Shown here: in pieces, positions 8,873 to 18,325 of the stretch
Layout: every line of letters begins with the position of its first letter
Numbering within the stretch: the stretch's first letter is position 1
NCBI GenBank assembly: GCA_031459875.1
Contig: JAVKHQ010000001.1
Span: forward strand, 192,001-256,000
Direction of reading: 5' to 3'
Origin: Candidatus Fervidifonticultor sextus
GTDB taxonomy: Bacteria; Sysuimicrobiota; Sysuimicrobiia; Sysuimicrobiales; Humicultoraceae
DNA: 64,000 nucleotides
The notes under the pieces: model-generated
The model's database searches: none
The model's input: only the letters and a program-made list of their open reading frames with translations
What the model was told of the DNA's origin: nothing
Program-made: the position numbers and the translations under genes

Positions 8873-9664
8873 CTATCCGGCCGACCGGGCGCCCGTGGGG
8901 GGCCGGGTGCGGCTCACGTAACGGAACGCGAGCTTGCGGCCGACCAGGATCCGGATGACGTCGGCGACCTGCGAGGGGGACAGGCCGACTTCGCGCGCGA
9001 TCTCACCCTCGGTCCGTGATCCGTCGAGGAAATCCAGCACCCGCAACCCGGCGTCGCCGACTGCCGCTCGGATCAGCGCGGCCGCCTCGCCGTCCATGGC
9101 CTGCGACGTGCCCGGTGCGGCCACGAAGCGGGCCTCCGCGGCCGCCGGCACCACAGGCCCGGCGGCGGGTTGCGGCGGCGCGGGTTCGGGCGACTGCGCG
9201 TCCAGGGCGGCGGATGGGCGGACCGGCACCGTCACGGGCCCCGCGAGCAGGACGATCCATCCCGACGCCCGTGACGGCAGCGCCGCCGTCGGGTCGCCGG
9301 CGCGGTCCGGCGCCAGCACCACCGACGGGCGGCCGCCGGCCAGGACCCACGCGGCCGGGGAGCGGCCGAGGACCAGCACGACGCCGCGCGCCTCCTCGGC
9401 TTCGAGCCGGGCCAGCAATCGGTCCAGGCGGACGAAGTCCGTGTGCAGCCCGCCCTGCGCCATCTCCAGCGACGGGAGTTGCGCGGCCAGCCAGGGCGGC
9501 ACTTCCAGGCGCTCCACCTCCACGCCCGGCGGGAGGCCGTCAGGCAGCACCGCGCGGGGGTCCCCGGCGCACCACCCCTGCGGCCCGAAGACTGCGGCAT
9601 GCCTGCGGTCCTGAGCCTCAATGACGAGGGCCAGGCCTCCGGGCCAGGCATAGTGGGAGATCAC
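8873..9664 (-). CDS. Hypothetical protein with C-terminal winged-helix-like domain
   Basis: C-terminal LDFLDGSRTEGEIAREVGLSPSQVADVIRIL; last gene of a tightly packed operon. Confidence 0.6.
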   Translation of the reverse strand: MISHYAWPGGLALVIEAQDRRHAAVFGPQGWCAGDPRAVLPDGLPPGVEVERLEVPPWLAAQLPSLEMAQGGLHTDFVRLDRLLARLEAEEARGVVLVLGRSPAAWVLAGGRPSVVLAPDRAGDPTAALPSRASGWIVLLAGPVTVPVRPSAALDAQSPEPAPPQPAAGPVVPAAAEARFVAAPGTSQAMDGEAAALIRAAVGDAGLRVLDFLDGSRTEGEIAREVGLSPSQVADVIRILVGRKLAFRYVSRTRPPTGARSAG

Positions 9665-9668
9665 GCCG

Positions 9669-10445
9669 CTAGACCTCCTCCTGCACCTTCTTCTGCCAGA
9701 ACCCGCCGAGGCCGAGCAGGACGAACCCTACCACCCACAGCGCGTTGATCCCGTGCACCTGCGAGTACAGGTCGTACCAGGTCAGCAGCGCGTAGCCCAG
9801 GCTGGCGGCGGCCAGGCAGAGCGCGGCGGCCGTCACGGCCAGCCAGGGATAGGCCGACAGGCCGCCGCGGAACCCGATGGCCGGCACCAGTCCGGCGGGA
9901 ATCAGGAACACCGCCGCCGTGGGGTAGAACGCCGAGAGGAATCTGGACATCAGGCCTGTCGAGCTGACCACGATCGGCTCCAGGATGTAGACGAACCCGA
10001 CAGCCCACCCCGCGACACCGAAGCCGAAAAGCGCCAGGCGGACCGACCGATCGACCATGGGGAGCACCAGCCGGACTTCCAGGGCCAGCGCGGCGGCTAA
10101 CAGGACGTAGAAGGCCACGAAGAATCCGTCCGCGACGGACGGGTAGGGCAGCGCCTTCTGGCCCCACCACTGATCGAAGGCGAAGATGGCGCGGCCGGCC
10201 GTCCACACCAGCGCGGCGGCCGCGCCGGTCGCCCAGACCCTCCGTTCGGGATCGCCGCGCGCGTAGGCACGGGCCGCGGCGGCGCACCCGATCCCCGCCA
10301 GCAACGGGGCGGCCACCTGCAGGACGGTCGCCAGGACGTGGCGGGCCACCCGATCCTGGAGACTCCCGCCTTCGAACCCGTAGGCGTAGGCGACGGCGGC
10401 GATCAGGAAGCCGGCGGCGATCAGCACCGGCCAGCGTCGCGTCAC
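9669..10445 (-). CDS. Multi-pass membrane protein (about 7 TM, sensor-domain-like)
   Basis: Repeated hydrophobic helices; ERRVW..., PYPSVADGFFVAFY motif; GTGA overlap with upstream gene. Confidence 0.65.
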   Translation of the reverse strand: MTRRWPVLIAAGFLIAAVAYAYGFEGGSLQDRVARHVLATVLQVAAPLLAGIGCAAAARAYARGDPERRVWATGAAAALVWTAGRAIFAFDQWWGQKALPYPSVADGFFVAFYVLLAAALALEVRLVLPMVDRSVRLALFGFGVAGWAVGFVYILEPIVVSSTGLMSRFLSAFYPTAAVFLIPAGLVPAIGFRGGLSAYPWLAVTAAALCLAAASLGYALLTWYDLYSQVHGINALWVVGFVLLGLGGFWQKKVQEEV

Positions 10446-11308
10446 GGTGCGCCTCCACCCGCCGCGCGGTCCTCCTGCACCGAGCGTTCGGCGGCGGCGA
10501 TGGTCCGGTCCATGAAGGCGCGCCCGGCGACGGCCACAATGGGGGCGCAGGCGGCCTCGACGATCGCCCGCCACGCCGATTCCGGCAGGGCGGGGGCCTC
10601 AATCCGGTCGCCGTGCACCCGGCCGCCGTATCCGGCGAGCGCCCTTTCCAGCGCTCCCAGGAACAGGGCCGCCAGCCGCGGCCCGCGGAGTCGCGCCACG
10701 CGCGCCGACACGTCGCTCAGGATGGCGGGCCACGGGTGCGGCGGCGGCTCGGGGATCGCGATCGCGGGAAGATCGCGCTGGACCTCGCCGGCCGCAGTGT
10801 ACGGCACCACCTCTTGCGCGGGCGGGGCCAAGTCCGGGAGCGTCGCGCGCTCGGTGCCCGCAGGTCCGGCCGCGAAGACGGGCGCGGCGGCCGCGGGGCG
10901 GCGCGGCACGAAGAGCCCGTCTGGCGCCACCCCCGGCGGCGCAAACGGGGAGTCCGGGGCCGGCTCGACGTCTGCGGTCGGGTCTGCGGCCTGGGGCAGC
11001 GTGCCGATGTGCACGCTGACCGCCCCGCCCCGCGCCGCGAGGTCCCGGAGGAGGTGGTGGCCCGGCAACACCGGGAGCAGAGCCTCTTCGCCGCCGGCCT
11101 CGAAGTACCAGGTGTCCTGCGGCGACCCGCCCTGGATCCACAGGACGCCCTCCAGGTGGTCGTCGCTGGCATAGACGCCCGCATCAAATCCCCGTGCCGC
11201 CAAGTGGGCCGCGAGGCGGTCGATGTCCACCTCGGCCCCCGGGATGCCGGCGAACAGCGCCGGGCCCGCGCGGATGCGGTCGAAGATCTCCCGACGGGTC
11301 GCCGGCAT
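10442..11308 (-). CDS. Hypothetical protein (N-terminal PATAN/DUF4388-like segment, Pro/Ala linker, helical C-terminus)
   Basis: IDRLAAHLAARGFDAGVY...EGVLWIQGG; start is adjacent to the TAXI gene stop. Confidence 0.55.
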   Translation of the reverse strand: MPATRREIFDRIRAGPALFAGIPGAEVDIDRLAAHLAARGFDAGVYASDDHLEGVLWIQGGSPQDTWYFEAGGEEALLPVLPGHHLLRDLAARGGAVSVHIGTLPQAADPTADVEPAPDSPFAPPGVAPDGLFVPRRPAAAAPVFAAGPAGTERATLPDLAPPAQEVVPYTAAGEVQRDLPAIAIPEPPPHPWPAILSDVSARVARLRGPRLAALFLGALERALAGYGGRVHGDRIEAPALPESAWRAIVEAACAPIVAVAGRAFMDRTIAAAERSVQEDRAAGGGAP

Positions 11309-11309
11309 G

Positions 11310-12278
11310 CTACTTGATCCCGAATTCGCGGTAGTAGCGCAGGGCGCCCGCGTGCATGGTGATGGGCATGCCGCGGCGGGCCGAGGCGGTGGTCACATCG
11401 CGGCCCCGCACGTGCGCCGCGTGCAGGCGGTCGGTGTTCTCCCACAGGGCCCGGGTCAGGGCGTAGATGAGGTCGGGATCCACCTCCTGCCGCGTGACCA
11501 GCATGGCCATGACCGCCAGCGTCTCCACCGGCTCCGTCTGTCCCCGGTAGGTGTTCGCCGGGATCGTCACCCGCGTGTAGTACGGGTACTGCTCCTTGAG
11601 CAGCTCGTAGGCCTCCCTGGGGATGGACAGCAGCTTCACCTCGCGGCTGGCCGCGATGTCCTGGACGGCCGCCGTGGGATGGCCGGCGGTGATGAACGCC
11701 GCGTCCACCACCCCGTCCTTGAGCTGGTCGGCCGCCTCGGCGAAATTCAGGAAGTCGGGCCGCGTGTTGTAGTACCCGACTTCAAAGACCCGCATGATCT
11801 GCCGGGCGTTCACCTCGGTGCCGCTGCCCGGCGCGCCGACGGCGATGCGCCTGCCCTTGAGGTCGGCGATGCTGTGGATGTTCTTGGACCGCAGGGTGAC
11901 GACCTGGATCGTCTCGGGGTAGAGCATGGCCATACCGCGCAGGGAGGCGATGGGGTCCCGCTTGTTCCCGATCCGGTCCATGAACATCTCGATGCCGTTG
12001 AAGGCGTAGTAGGTGATGTCGTTCTGCACGAAGGCCACCTGGACGTCGCCCCGCTGCAGGAGGCGGATGTTGGCCACCGAGGCTCCCGAGGTCTGGGCGG
12101 TGGCCTGGACGTTGGGGACCTTCTGGCTCCACAGTTCTGCGAGCGCAGCCCCCAGCGGGAAGTAGACGCCAGCGGTGCCGCCCGTGGCGATGGCGATGAA
12201 CGTCCGCTGTTGCGCGGCCGCTGGCCACACGCCGACCGCCAGCAGTGCGCCGGTTGCAATCAGGAGCATCCGTCTCAT
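11310..12278 (-). CDS. TAXI-family TRAP solute-binding protein
   Basis: Signal peptide; IATGGTAGVYFPLG, TSGASVANI, LYPETIQVV, VGAPGSGTE, MHAGALRYYRE. Confidence 0.9.
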   Translation of the reverse strand: MRRMLLIATGALLAVGVWPAAAQQRTFIAIATGGTAGVYFPLGAALAELWSQKVPNVQATAQTSGASVANIRLLQRGDVQVAFVQNDITYYAFNGIEMFMDRIGNKRDPIASLRGMAMLYPETIQVVTLRSKNIHSIADLKGRRIAVGAPGSGTEVNARQIMRVFEVGYYNTRPDFLNFAEAADQLKDGVVDAAFITAGHPTAAVQDIAASREVKLLSIPREAYELLKEQYPYYTRVTIPANTYRGQTEPVETLAVMAMLVTRQEVDPDLIYALTRALWENTDRLHAAHVRGRDVTTASARRGMPITMHAGALRYYREFGIK

Positions 12279-12323
12279 GACCTTCTCCCTCCCTGGCCCT
12301 CTTGGGCGCCTGTGGTGGTTCGT

Positions 12324-13445
12324 CTACCGTTGCACCAGCTCAAACCGCCCTCCCCGCACCACCGCGACAGCGACCGGCCGGTCCGGCGCGCCCCACCGAT
12401 CGAAGGTGATCTCCCCGGTGGCACCGGGGAACCGGCGCACGCCCTGGAGGGCCGTCCGGATCTGCGCCGGCGTCCGCCCGCCGCGGCGGATGGCAAACGC
12501 CACGACCTTCAGCGCGTCGTAGGCCTGGGCCGCAAAATGGTCGGGCATCTCACCGTACTTGCGGCGGTACTTGCCGACGAACTCCTGCACGCCGGGCAGC
12601 GGTTCGGTGGGCACGAAGGCCGCCGGCAACACGAGCCCCTCGGCCGCGACTCCGGCCCATCGCACCAGATCCTGCGAGTACAGGGCGTCGGAGCCCGCGA
12701 CCACGACGCGGACGCCGCGGGCCTGAAGGGCCTGGAGGATCAGGGCGGCCTCGTCGGGGTAGCCCGCGATGAAGACGGCGTCGGCGCCGTCGGCCACCAC
12801 GCCGTTGGCGTGGCGGGTAAAATCCTCGTCGCCATCCCGATACAGCCGCGTGCCCACGATCTCCCGGGACAACCCTCTGACGCGCTCCGCAAAGGCCCGG
12901 GCGACTAAGGTCCCGTAGTCGTTCGCCTCGTGAATGATGGTGAGGCGGCGGGTACGCCGCCTCCCCACCAGGTAGTCGGCGAGCATCCGGGCCTGCGCCG
13001 GGGCAGGCAGCGACGTGCGGAACACGGACGAGCCTGCATAGGGGATCGTGCCGGTGGCCCCGGGGCTGACGAGGGGGATGCCGGCCCGCTCGGCCATGGG
13101 GGCGACGGCCGTCGCGGTGGCATCGGTCAGCGGTCCCACGATGGCGACCACCCGGCGCTCCAGCATCTGGGCAAAGGCGCGCCCGACCTCCTCGGTGCTC
13201 CCCCGGTCGTCGAGCACCAGGAGCGTGAGGGCCGCTCCGGCGACGCCGCCGCCGGCGTTGATCTCGTCGGCGGCCAGCGTGGCGCCCCGCACAGCCGACC
13301 GCGCCGCGGCGGGCACGCCGCTGGTCAGCGGGGCGAGCACGCCGATGGCGATCGTCTCCCCCGCCCCGATCCGCGATCCGGCGCACCCGGTCAGGAGCGT
13401 ACCAGCGAGCGCCACACCCAACGCGAGGACTCGGTTGCGCGTCAA
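12324..13445 (-). CDS. LivK-type (branched-chain amino acid) ABC solute-binding lipoprotein
   Basis: Lipobox LTGC; IGVLAPLT, ADEINAGGGV, AAQAYDA, GATGEITFD. Confidence 0.85.
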   Translation of the reverse strand: MTRNRVLALGVALAGTLLTGCAGSRIGAGETIAIGVLAPLTSGVPAAARSAVRGATLAADEINAGGGVAGAALTLLVLDDRGSTEEVGRAFAQMLERRVVAIVGPLTDATATAVAPMAERAGIPLVSPGATGTIPYAGSSVFRTSLPAPAQARMLADYLVGRRRTRRLTIIHEANDYGTLVARAFAERVRGLSREIVGTRLYRDGDEDFTRHANGVVADGADAVFIAGYPDEAALILQALQARGVRVVVAGSDALYSQDLVRWAGVAAEGLVLPAAFVPTEPLPGVQEFVGKYRRKYGEMPDHFAAQAYDALKVVAFAIRRGGRTPAQIRTALQGVRRFPGATGEITFDRWGAPDRPVAVAVVRGGRFELVQR

Positions 13446-13466
13446 CGGTCACCGCCCCACAGAAGC

Positions 13467-13498
13467 AAAAACGCCCTCCGGCCGAAGGCCGAAAGGCA
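13467..13498 (-). terminator. intrinsic terminator (expression platform of riboswitch #3)
   Basis: GCCTTTCGGCC-TTCG-GCCGGAGGGCG followed by TTTTT; cUUCGg loop. Confidence 0.8.
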
Positions 13499-13510
13499 AT
13501 CCGGCTCCAC

Positions 13511-13600
13511 CCCTTCGGCAACCCGGCCGGCCGCGGAGTCGCCGCAGACTCCACGCCCCCGTGGCTTTGCGTCCCCACCTTGCGGCGGGTTTGCCTGTTC
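13511..13600 (-). ncRNA. c-di-GMP-I (GEMM) riboswitch aptamer #3
   Basis: Minus strand ACAGGCAAACCCGCC-GCAA-GGTGGGGACGCAAAGCCACGGG...GCCGGGTTGCCGAAG. Confidence 0.92.
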
Positions 13601-13655
13601 GGAGGTCGTCTGCTCCTCCAGTATGTTCCCCGACCCGGCTCCGCCTAGTCCTCCA

Positions 13656-14645
13656 CTAATTCTCCCCGAGGCGGCGGCGGAGTTCCCCAATCTCGCCCGG
13701 GATCGACAGCAACCGGCGGTAGAGGGCCGTCACATTGGCGACGTACCACTGCGTTTCGGCGTAGGGCGGGATGCCCTCGTACCGCTCCACGGCCCCGCGC
13801 CCGGCGTTATAGGCGGCCAGGGCCAGATGCGCGTCCCACCGGAACTGATCCAGGGCGCCCCGCAGGTATCGGATGGTCCCGTAGAGGTTCTGAACCGGAT
13901 CCCACGGATTGACGCCCAGCGCCCTGGCGGTCTGCGGCATCAACTGGCCCAGCCCCATCGCCCCCGCCCGCGAGCGCGCGGTGGGCTGAAAACCTGATTC
14001 GATCACGACGAGGGCGACCACCAGGCGGGGGTCCAGGTTGAACTGCCGGCTGTAGCCGAGCAACGCGTGGGCGATAAGGTCGGCTTCCCGGGCGGCCAGC
14101 CGCGGATTGTACGAGCGGGCGATGAGGTCGTAACTGCGCACGCTGAGCACCCATGCTGCGGCGCGGCCCGGCGAAAGCGCCCTGGTCTGGGCGACCTGCG
14201 CCTCCAGCGGCGCCGGCAGCGGGCCGACGGCCCGCAGGGCCTGTTCGGCCATCTGGCGCACCTCAGGCGACCCGCGGGCCGACAGCGCCTGCCGAAATGC
14301 CGAGGCCGCCTCCTCGGCGCGGCCCGAGCGGGCCAGGAGGTGGCCCTGCCACAGGAGGATCGTCGCCTCATGCGGGGCGAGGTCGGCCGCGCGCGCCACG
14401 GAACGGTGTGCGCGCAGCACGTCGCCGCGGTGGAACTGGACGACGCCCAGCCACAGCCACGCGTAGGGATCGGTCGGCCGCTGGGATGCCGCGAGGGTGA
14501 AGAGGGCCTCCGCGTCACCCAGTCGGCCCTGCGCGAACCTCGCCGCGCCATCGCGCAGGGTGGCCGCATCGGCCCTCGCAGCCAGCAGGAGGGCTCCACA
14601 CAGCCCGGCCACCAGAGCCGCCCCCGGTCGCCGGCGCGCCGTCAC
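13656..14645 (-). CDS. Secreted TPR + SLT lytic transglycosylase
   Basis: Signal peptide, TPR helices, then IESGF...[10 protein letters not shown]...ALAAYNAG...[13 protein letters not shown] start overlaps the roadblock stop. Confidence 0.85.
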   Translation of the reverse strand: MTARRRPGAALVAGLCGALLLAARADAATLRDGAARFAQGRLGDAEALFTLAASQRPTDPYAWLWLGVVQFHRGDVLRAHRSVARAADLAPHEATILLWQGHLLARSGRAEEAASAFRQALSARGSPEVRQMAEQALRAVGPLPAPLEAQVAQTRALSPGRAAAWVLSVRSYDLIARSYNPRLAAREADLIAHALLGYSRQFNLDPRLVVALVVIESGFQPTARSRAGAMGLGQLMPQTARALGVNPWDPVQNLYGTIRYLRGALDQFRWDAHLALAAYNAGRGAVERYEGIPPYAETQWYVANVTALYRRLLSIPGEIGELRRRLGEN

Positions 14646-15001
14646 GTCAGTTCCTCGGCGATCTCGGCCCGGCGACGGCGGATCTGCATGCGGGCCCGGG
14701 CCAGGTTGCCGCCGGCCTCCAGCACGGTGGCCAGGTAGTGGGTCGGTCCCAGGACCACGGCCAGCACGGCCAGGTTGTCGGTGGTCATCGTCAGGTGGTC
14801 CAGGTCGCCGCCGTCCAATTTGCGCAGGCAGTACGCCCCGACCTTGATGAGGGCCGCCAGGTCGGCCGCTGCAGCCTGCAGGTCCTGCGCCCCGCTCTTG
14901 GACACGGCCTCGATCACCTGCCCGTCCAGGCCCAAAAGCGCCACCGCGCGCGTATCTTCCCCGATGAGGTCCTGGAGGATGCCCCGCAGTTTCGTCGTCA
15001 T
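14642..15001 (-). CDS. Roadblock/LC7 domain protein (second MglB/MglC-like)
   Basis: [15 protein letters not shown]...[13 protein letters not shown]. Confidence 0.8.
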   Translation of the reverse strand: MTTKLRGILQDLIGEDTRAVALLGLDGQVIEAVSKSGAQDLQAAAADLAALIKVGAYCLRKLDGGDLDHLTMTTDNLAVLAVVLGPTHYLATVLEAGGNLARARMQIRRRRAEIAEELT

Positions 15002-15105
15002 GCTGGCCACCGGGCAGCCGGGGTATTTCGCCGCCGCCGAGTCGCCTCCTTCGCAAAACAGGAGATGCCCGAGGGAATCGCGTACCAACCGGACGGGACC
15101 GTCCG

Positions 15106-16083
15106 ATGCCGTCTGACGCGGTCGAGCGCATTCGCATGCACCGGCGCATCCTGGGGGCGCGGTGGGTGCAGCACGTGGCCCACATCCCGCGGGCCAGCCC
15201 AATGTGGCGGGATGTGGCGCGGATGGACCGACACATGCTGGCGGGCATGGACGCCCTGGTGGACGCCGCGACGACGGGCCAGGTCGAGGCGTTCGGCGAG
15301 TTCGCCGGCCGGCTGAGCCAGGAGGCCTTCGCCCTCCAGGTACCGCTGGACGAGGTGATCCGCGCCCTGCTCCAGATCAAACCCGTGATTCTGGACTTCC
15401 TGGAAGAGGGGACGGCCGGCCGCCGTCTCGATGTGGAGACCGTGCAGCTCCTCAACCGCCTGATCTCCGTGGGCGTCCTGGAAGCCATCCGCCGGCACGA
15501 GCGTCACCGGGATCGCCGCGCCCTGGCCCTGCAGGAACAGATCGACGAACTGCGCGAGCGCCTGCGCCGTCAGGTCCTCGTCGACCCCGTCACCGGATTG
15601 TTCAACGCCAACTCTTTCGCCGCGGCCGTTCGGCGGGAGGTCCTGCGCAGCCGGCGCTTCGCGCGGACCTTCACCGTCGGGCTCGTGGCCCTGGACCAGG
15701 AGGACGAACTCCGCGAGGCGCTGGGCGAAGACGGCCTGCGGGCCGTCGCGATCCAGCTGGCCGACAGCCTGACCCGCTCCACGCGACAGGTGGACGTTCG
15801 GGCGGCGCTGGGCGGCGGACGGTTCGGCCTGATCCTCCCGGAGACCTCCATTGACGGGGCGTTTGTCCTCGCGGAGCGGCTCCGCCAGGCGATCGAGCGC
15901 AGCGCATTCGCGTTGCCCGATCACCCCTATCCCATGACCCAGACGGTCAGCATCGGTCTGGCCTGCTTCCCGCGGGACGGGGAAGACGACCAGGCGCTGC
16001 TGGCGAGGGCGGAGGAGGCACTGGCCCGGGCGCGGGCAGGCCGGAACACCACGGTCGCCGCGGCCACCGCGCAGGACTTCTAG
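15106..16083 (+). CDS. Degenerate GGDEF-domain protein with N-terminal helical (RsbRD_N-like) domain
   Basis: [22 protein letters not shown] (I-site intact, active site degenerate), [10 protein letters not shown]. Confidence 0.85.
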   Translation: MPSDAVERIRMHRRILGARWVQHVAHIPRASPMWRDVARMDRHMLAGMDALVDAATTGQVEAFGEFAGRLSQEAFALQVPLDEVIRALLQIKPVILDFLEEGTAGRRLDVETVQLLNRLISVGVLEAIRRHERHRDRRALALQEQIDELRERLRRQVLVDPVTGLFNANSFAAAVRREVLRSRRFARTFTVGLVALDQEDELREALGEDGLRAVAIQLADSLTRSTRQVDVRAALGGGRFGLILPETSIDGAFVLAERLRQAIERSAFALPDHPYPMTQTVSIGLACFPRDGEDDQALLARAEEALARARAGRNTTVAAATAQDF

Positions 16084-16094
16084 GAGGCCCGTCC

Positions 16095-17711
16095 TCACCG
16101 CTCGCGCCACATCCGCAACTGCACCTCGAACGGCGGCTTGTCCCGCAGGATCCGGAGGAAGACGTCCACCAGCCCCGGGTCCAGCGCCGACCCGGCCATG
16201 GTCCGCAGTTCGGCCATGGCCTCCTCCACGGTTCGACCGCGGCGGTACGGCCGGTCGGAGATCAGCGCGTCGAAGGTGTCGGCGACGCGGATGATCCGGG
16301 CGCCCACCGGAATGGCCGTGCCGGCCAGCCCGTCGGGATACCCGCTGCCATCCCAGGCCTCCTGGTGGGAGCGGACGTAGTCCACCAGTGGCCGGAACGG
16401 GGCCATCTCGCTGAGGATGCTGGCGCCGCGCTCCGGGTGGCGGTTCATCACGGCCCGTTCCTCGTCGGAAAGCGACCCGCGCTTGCGCAGGATGTGTTCC
16501 GGCGTCGAAATCTTCCCGATGTCGTGCAACAGGCTGGCCCACCGGATCCGCTCCACCTCTTCGGCGGGCAGGCCCAGCTCCGCCGCCAGGGCGACGGCCG
16601 CGCTGGCGACGCGCTGCGAGTGACCCCGCGTGTACGGGTCCTTGGCCTCCAGCGCGGCGGCCAGCATGTTGACGGCGCTGAGCTGGAAGTCGGCGGCCCA
16701 CCCCTGCATCCGCGCATCGTAGATGAGCAGGGAGGCCATCTCCGTCAACTGCCTGACGGCGTCCACAGCCTCCTGGCTGAAGAGCCGCACCTCCCGCCTC
16801 CCCAGAAAGAGCGCACCGATGCTGAGGCCCTCGACCCGAAACGGGAGCAGGAGCGCAGAGCCGGCCGCATCGCCGCCGAAGACGCCGACCCACCGCGGGT
16901 CCACCGACGCATCCACGACCGACTGGAGCCGACCCCCATCCAGCGCAGCCTGGAGGACCGCCACCTTGGGCAGCACCTCGCCGCGCGGCCGCTCGCCGCC
17001 TGGCGGGCCGGCGCTGGCCTCCACCACCGGGCGGCCTTCGATGTCCAGCACGATCACCAGGCCGGTGGCGGCGTCGGCCAGCCGCCGCCGCGCACAGGCC
17101 AGGAGGACCTGCGCACGCCTGGGGAGGTCGAGGGGCGCCATGTCCATGAGCGCGGCGCGGATCTCCGCTGCGGTCTCGGCCTGCCGGGTGAGTTGGCGGG
17201 CACCGCGCAGGGCCGCCGCTTCGGCTTCTCCCCGTCGCTGCTCGATCAGGCCTACCAGGACGCCCATAAGCAAAAGCAGCGCCGCCCTCGGCAGCACGGC
17301 CGCGGAGGGCTCCATCCGGAGCGAGGCGGCCACCGAGAAGCCGGTGGCGGCGAGCCAGCCGCCGGCTACGCCCGCGGCCAGCGTGCGCCCGGCGGTCCCC
17401 CAGATCAGCACCGGCACATAGAAGAAGTAGAAGAAACTCGCCAGGCCCCCGGTCTCGTAGACGATGAACGACACGATGGCGAGTTCGAGAACCGTCCCGG
17501 TGTAACTCGCCGCCGGGCGCGGTCCCGTCGACCGCTGGGCCAGCGCGCTCAGCAGACCGGTCGCAAAGAGGAGCACCAGCAGCAGGACGACCGGCGAGAG
17601 GATCGCGGGCCCGGTCGGCGTGCCGATCAGGAGCACCGAGAGGCCGAAGAGCACCGCGAACCCCCGGAGCGACAGCGGCCACCACTCGATGCCACCGCGG
17701 ACGGTCATCAT
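16095..17711 (-). CDS. Membrane-anchored GAF + HD-GYP phosphodiesterase-family protein
   Basis: N-terminal TM helices; LEAKDPYTRGHSQRV, LHDIGK, HQEAWDGSGYP, VADTFDAL, RPYR. Confidence 0.88.
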   Translation of the reverse strand: MMTVRGGIEWWPLSLRGFAVLFGLSVLLIGTPTGPAILSPVVLLLVLLFATGLLSALAQRSTGPRPAASYTGTVLELAIVSFIVYETGGLASFFYFFYVPVLIWGTAGRTLAAGVAGGWLAATGFSVAASLRMEPSAAVLPRAALLLLMGVLVGLIEQRRGEAEAAALRGARQLTRQAETAAEIRAALMDMAPLDLPRRAQVLLACARRRLADAATGLVIVLDIEGRPVVEASAGPPGGERPRGEVLPKVAVLQAALDGGRLQSVVDASVDPRWVGVFGGDAAGSALLLPFRVEGLSIGALFLGRREVRLFSQEAVDAVRQLTEMASLLIYDARMQGWAADFQLSAVNMLAAALEAKDPYTRGHSQRVASAAVALAAELGLPAEEVERIRWASLLHDIGKISTPEHILRKRGSLSDEERAVMNRHPERGASILSEMAPFRPLVDYVRSHQEAWDGSGYPDGLAGTAIPVGARIIRVADTFDALISDRPYRRGRTVEEAMAELRTMAGSALDPGLVDVFLRILRDKPPFEVQLRMWRER

Positions 17712-17800
17712 CGTCCTCCGTGGAGGGGAACCGTCTGTTCTATGCCCGCGCCGACAACCGTGCAGACCTGGGCGCGGCGCCCGTGACGGAAGTGCGGTCG

Positions 17801-18325
17801 CTACGGGGCTGGCGGGGCCAGGCTCTGCGCGGCCAGCGCAGCGAGGATCCGCTGCTCGAGGCGGCGCAGCAGGCGGATGCGCCAGGGCTCGCGCGGCGAG
17901 AGGGGCGCCACCAGGATCGTGGGCACGCCCAGCCGGTTGCCCGCCAGCACATCGGTGAAGAGCTGGTCCCCCACCATGGCGGTGCGGGCGGGCGAGGTGG
18001 CGAGGACGCGCAGCGCATGCCGCAGTTTGGCCGCGCTGGGCTTGAACCGGCCTTCCGCGACCGGCAATCCCAGCGCCGCCGCCACCGTCCGCACCCGGCC
18101 CGAGAGGCTGTTGGACACCACGCAGGCGGGAATCCCCTCCCGCCGCAGTCCGGCGATCCACTCCGCCACGGCCGGAGGCGGCGAGGTCCCGCCCCAGGGC
18201 ACCAGCGTGCTGTCCAGATCCAGCATCAGCGCGTCGATCTGCCAGGCGCGGAGGTGCTCCGGGGTGAGGTGCGTGACGGAGGCGGCCCGATACCGGGGCG
18301 CCAGGACGCGGAGCAGATGCCTCAC
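17801..18325 (-). CDS. yqeG: YqeG-family HAD IIIA phosphatase
   Basis: LDLDSTL, VVSN, KP, MVGDQLFTDVLAGNR. Confidence 0.88.
   Translation of the reverse strand: MRHLLRVLAPRYRAASVTHLTPEHLRAWQIDALMLDLDSTLVPWGGTSPPPAVAEWIAGLRREGIPACVVSNSLSGRVRTVAAALGLPVAEGRFKPSAAKLRHALRVLATSPARTAMVGDQLFTDVLAGNRLGVPTILVAPLSPREPWRIRLLRRLEQRILAALAAQSLAPPAP

Noticed and set aside
1300..13600. Possibility that the GEMM aptamers are cGAMP-sensing (GEMM-Ib) variants
   Set aside because: All three have G at the G20-equivalent position (GGCAAA), consistent with c-di-GMP
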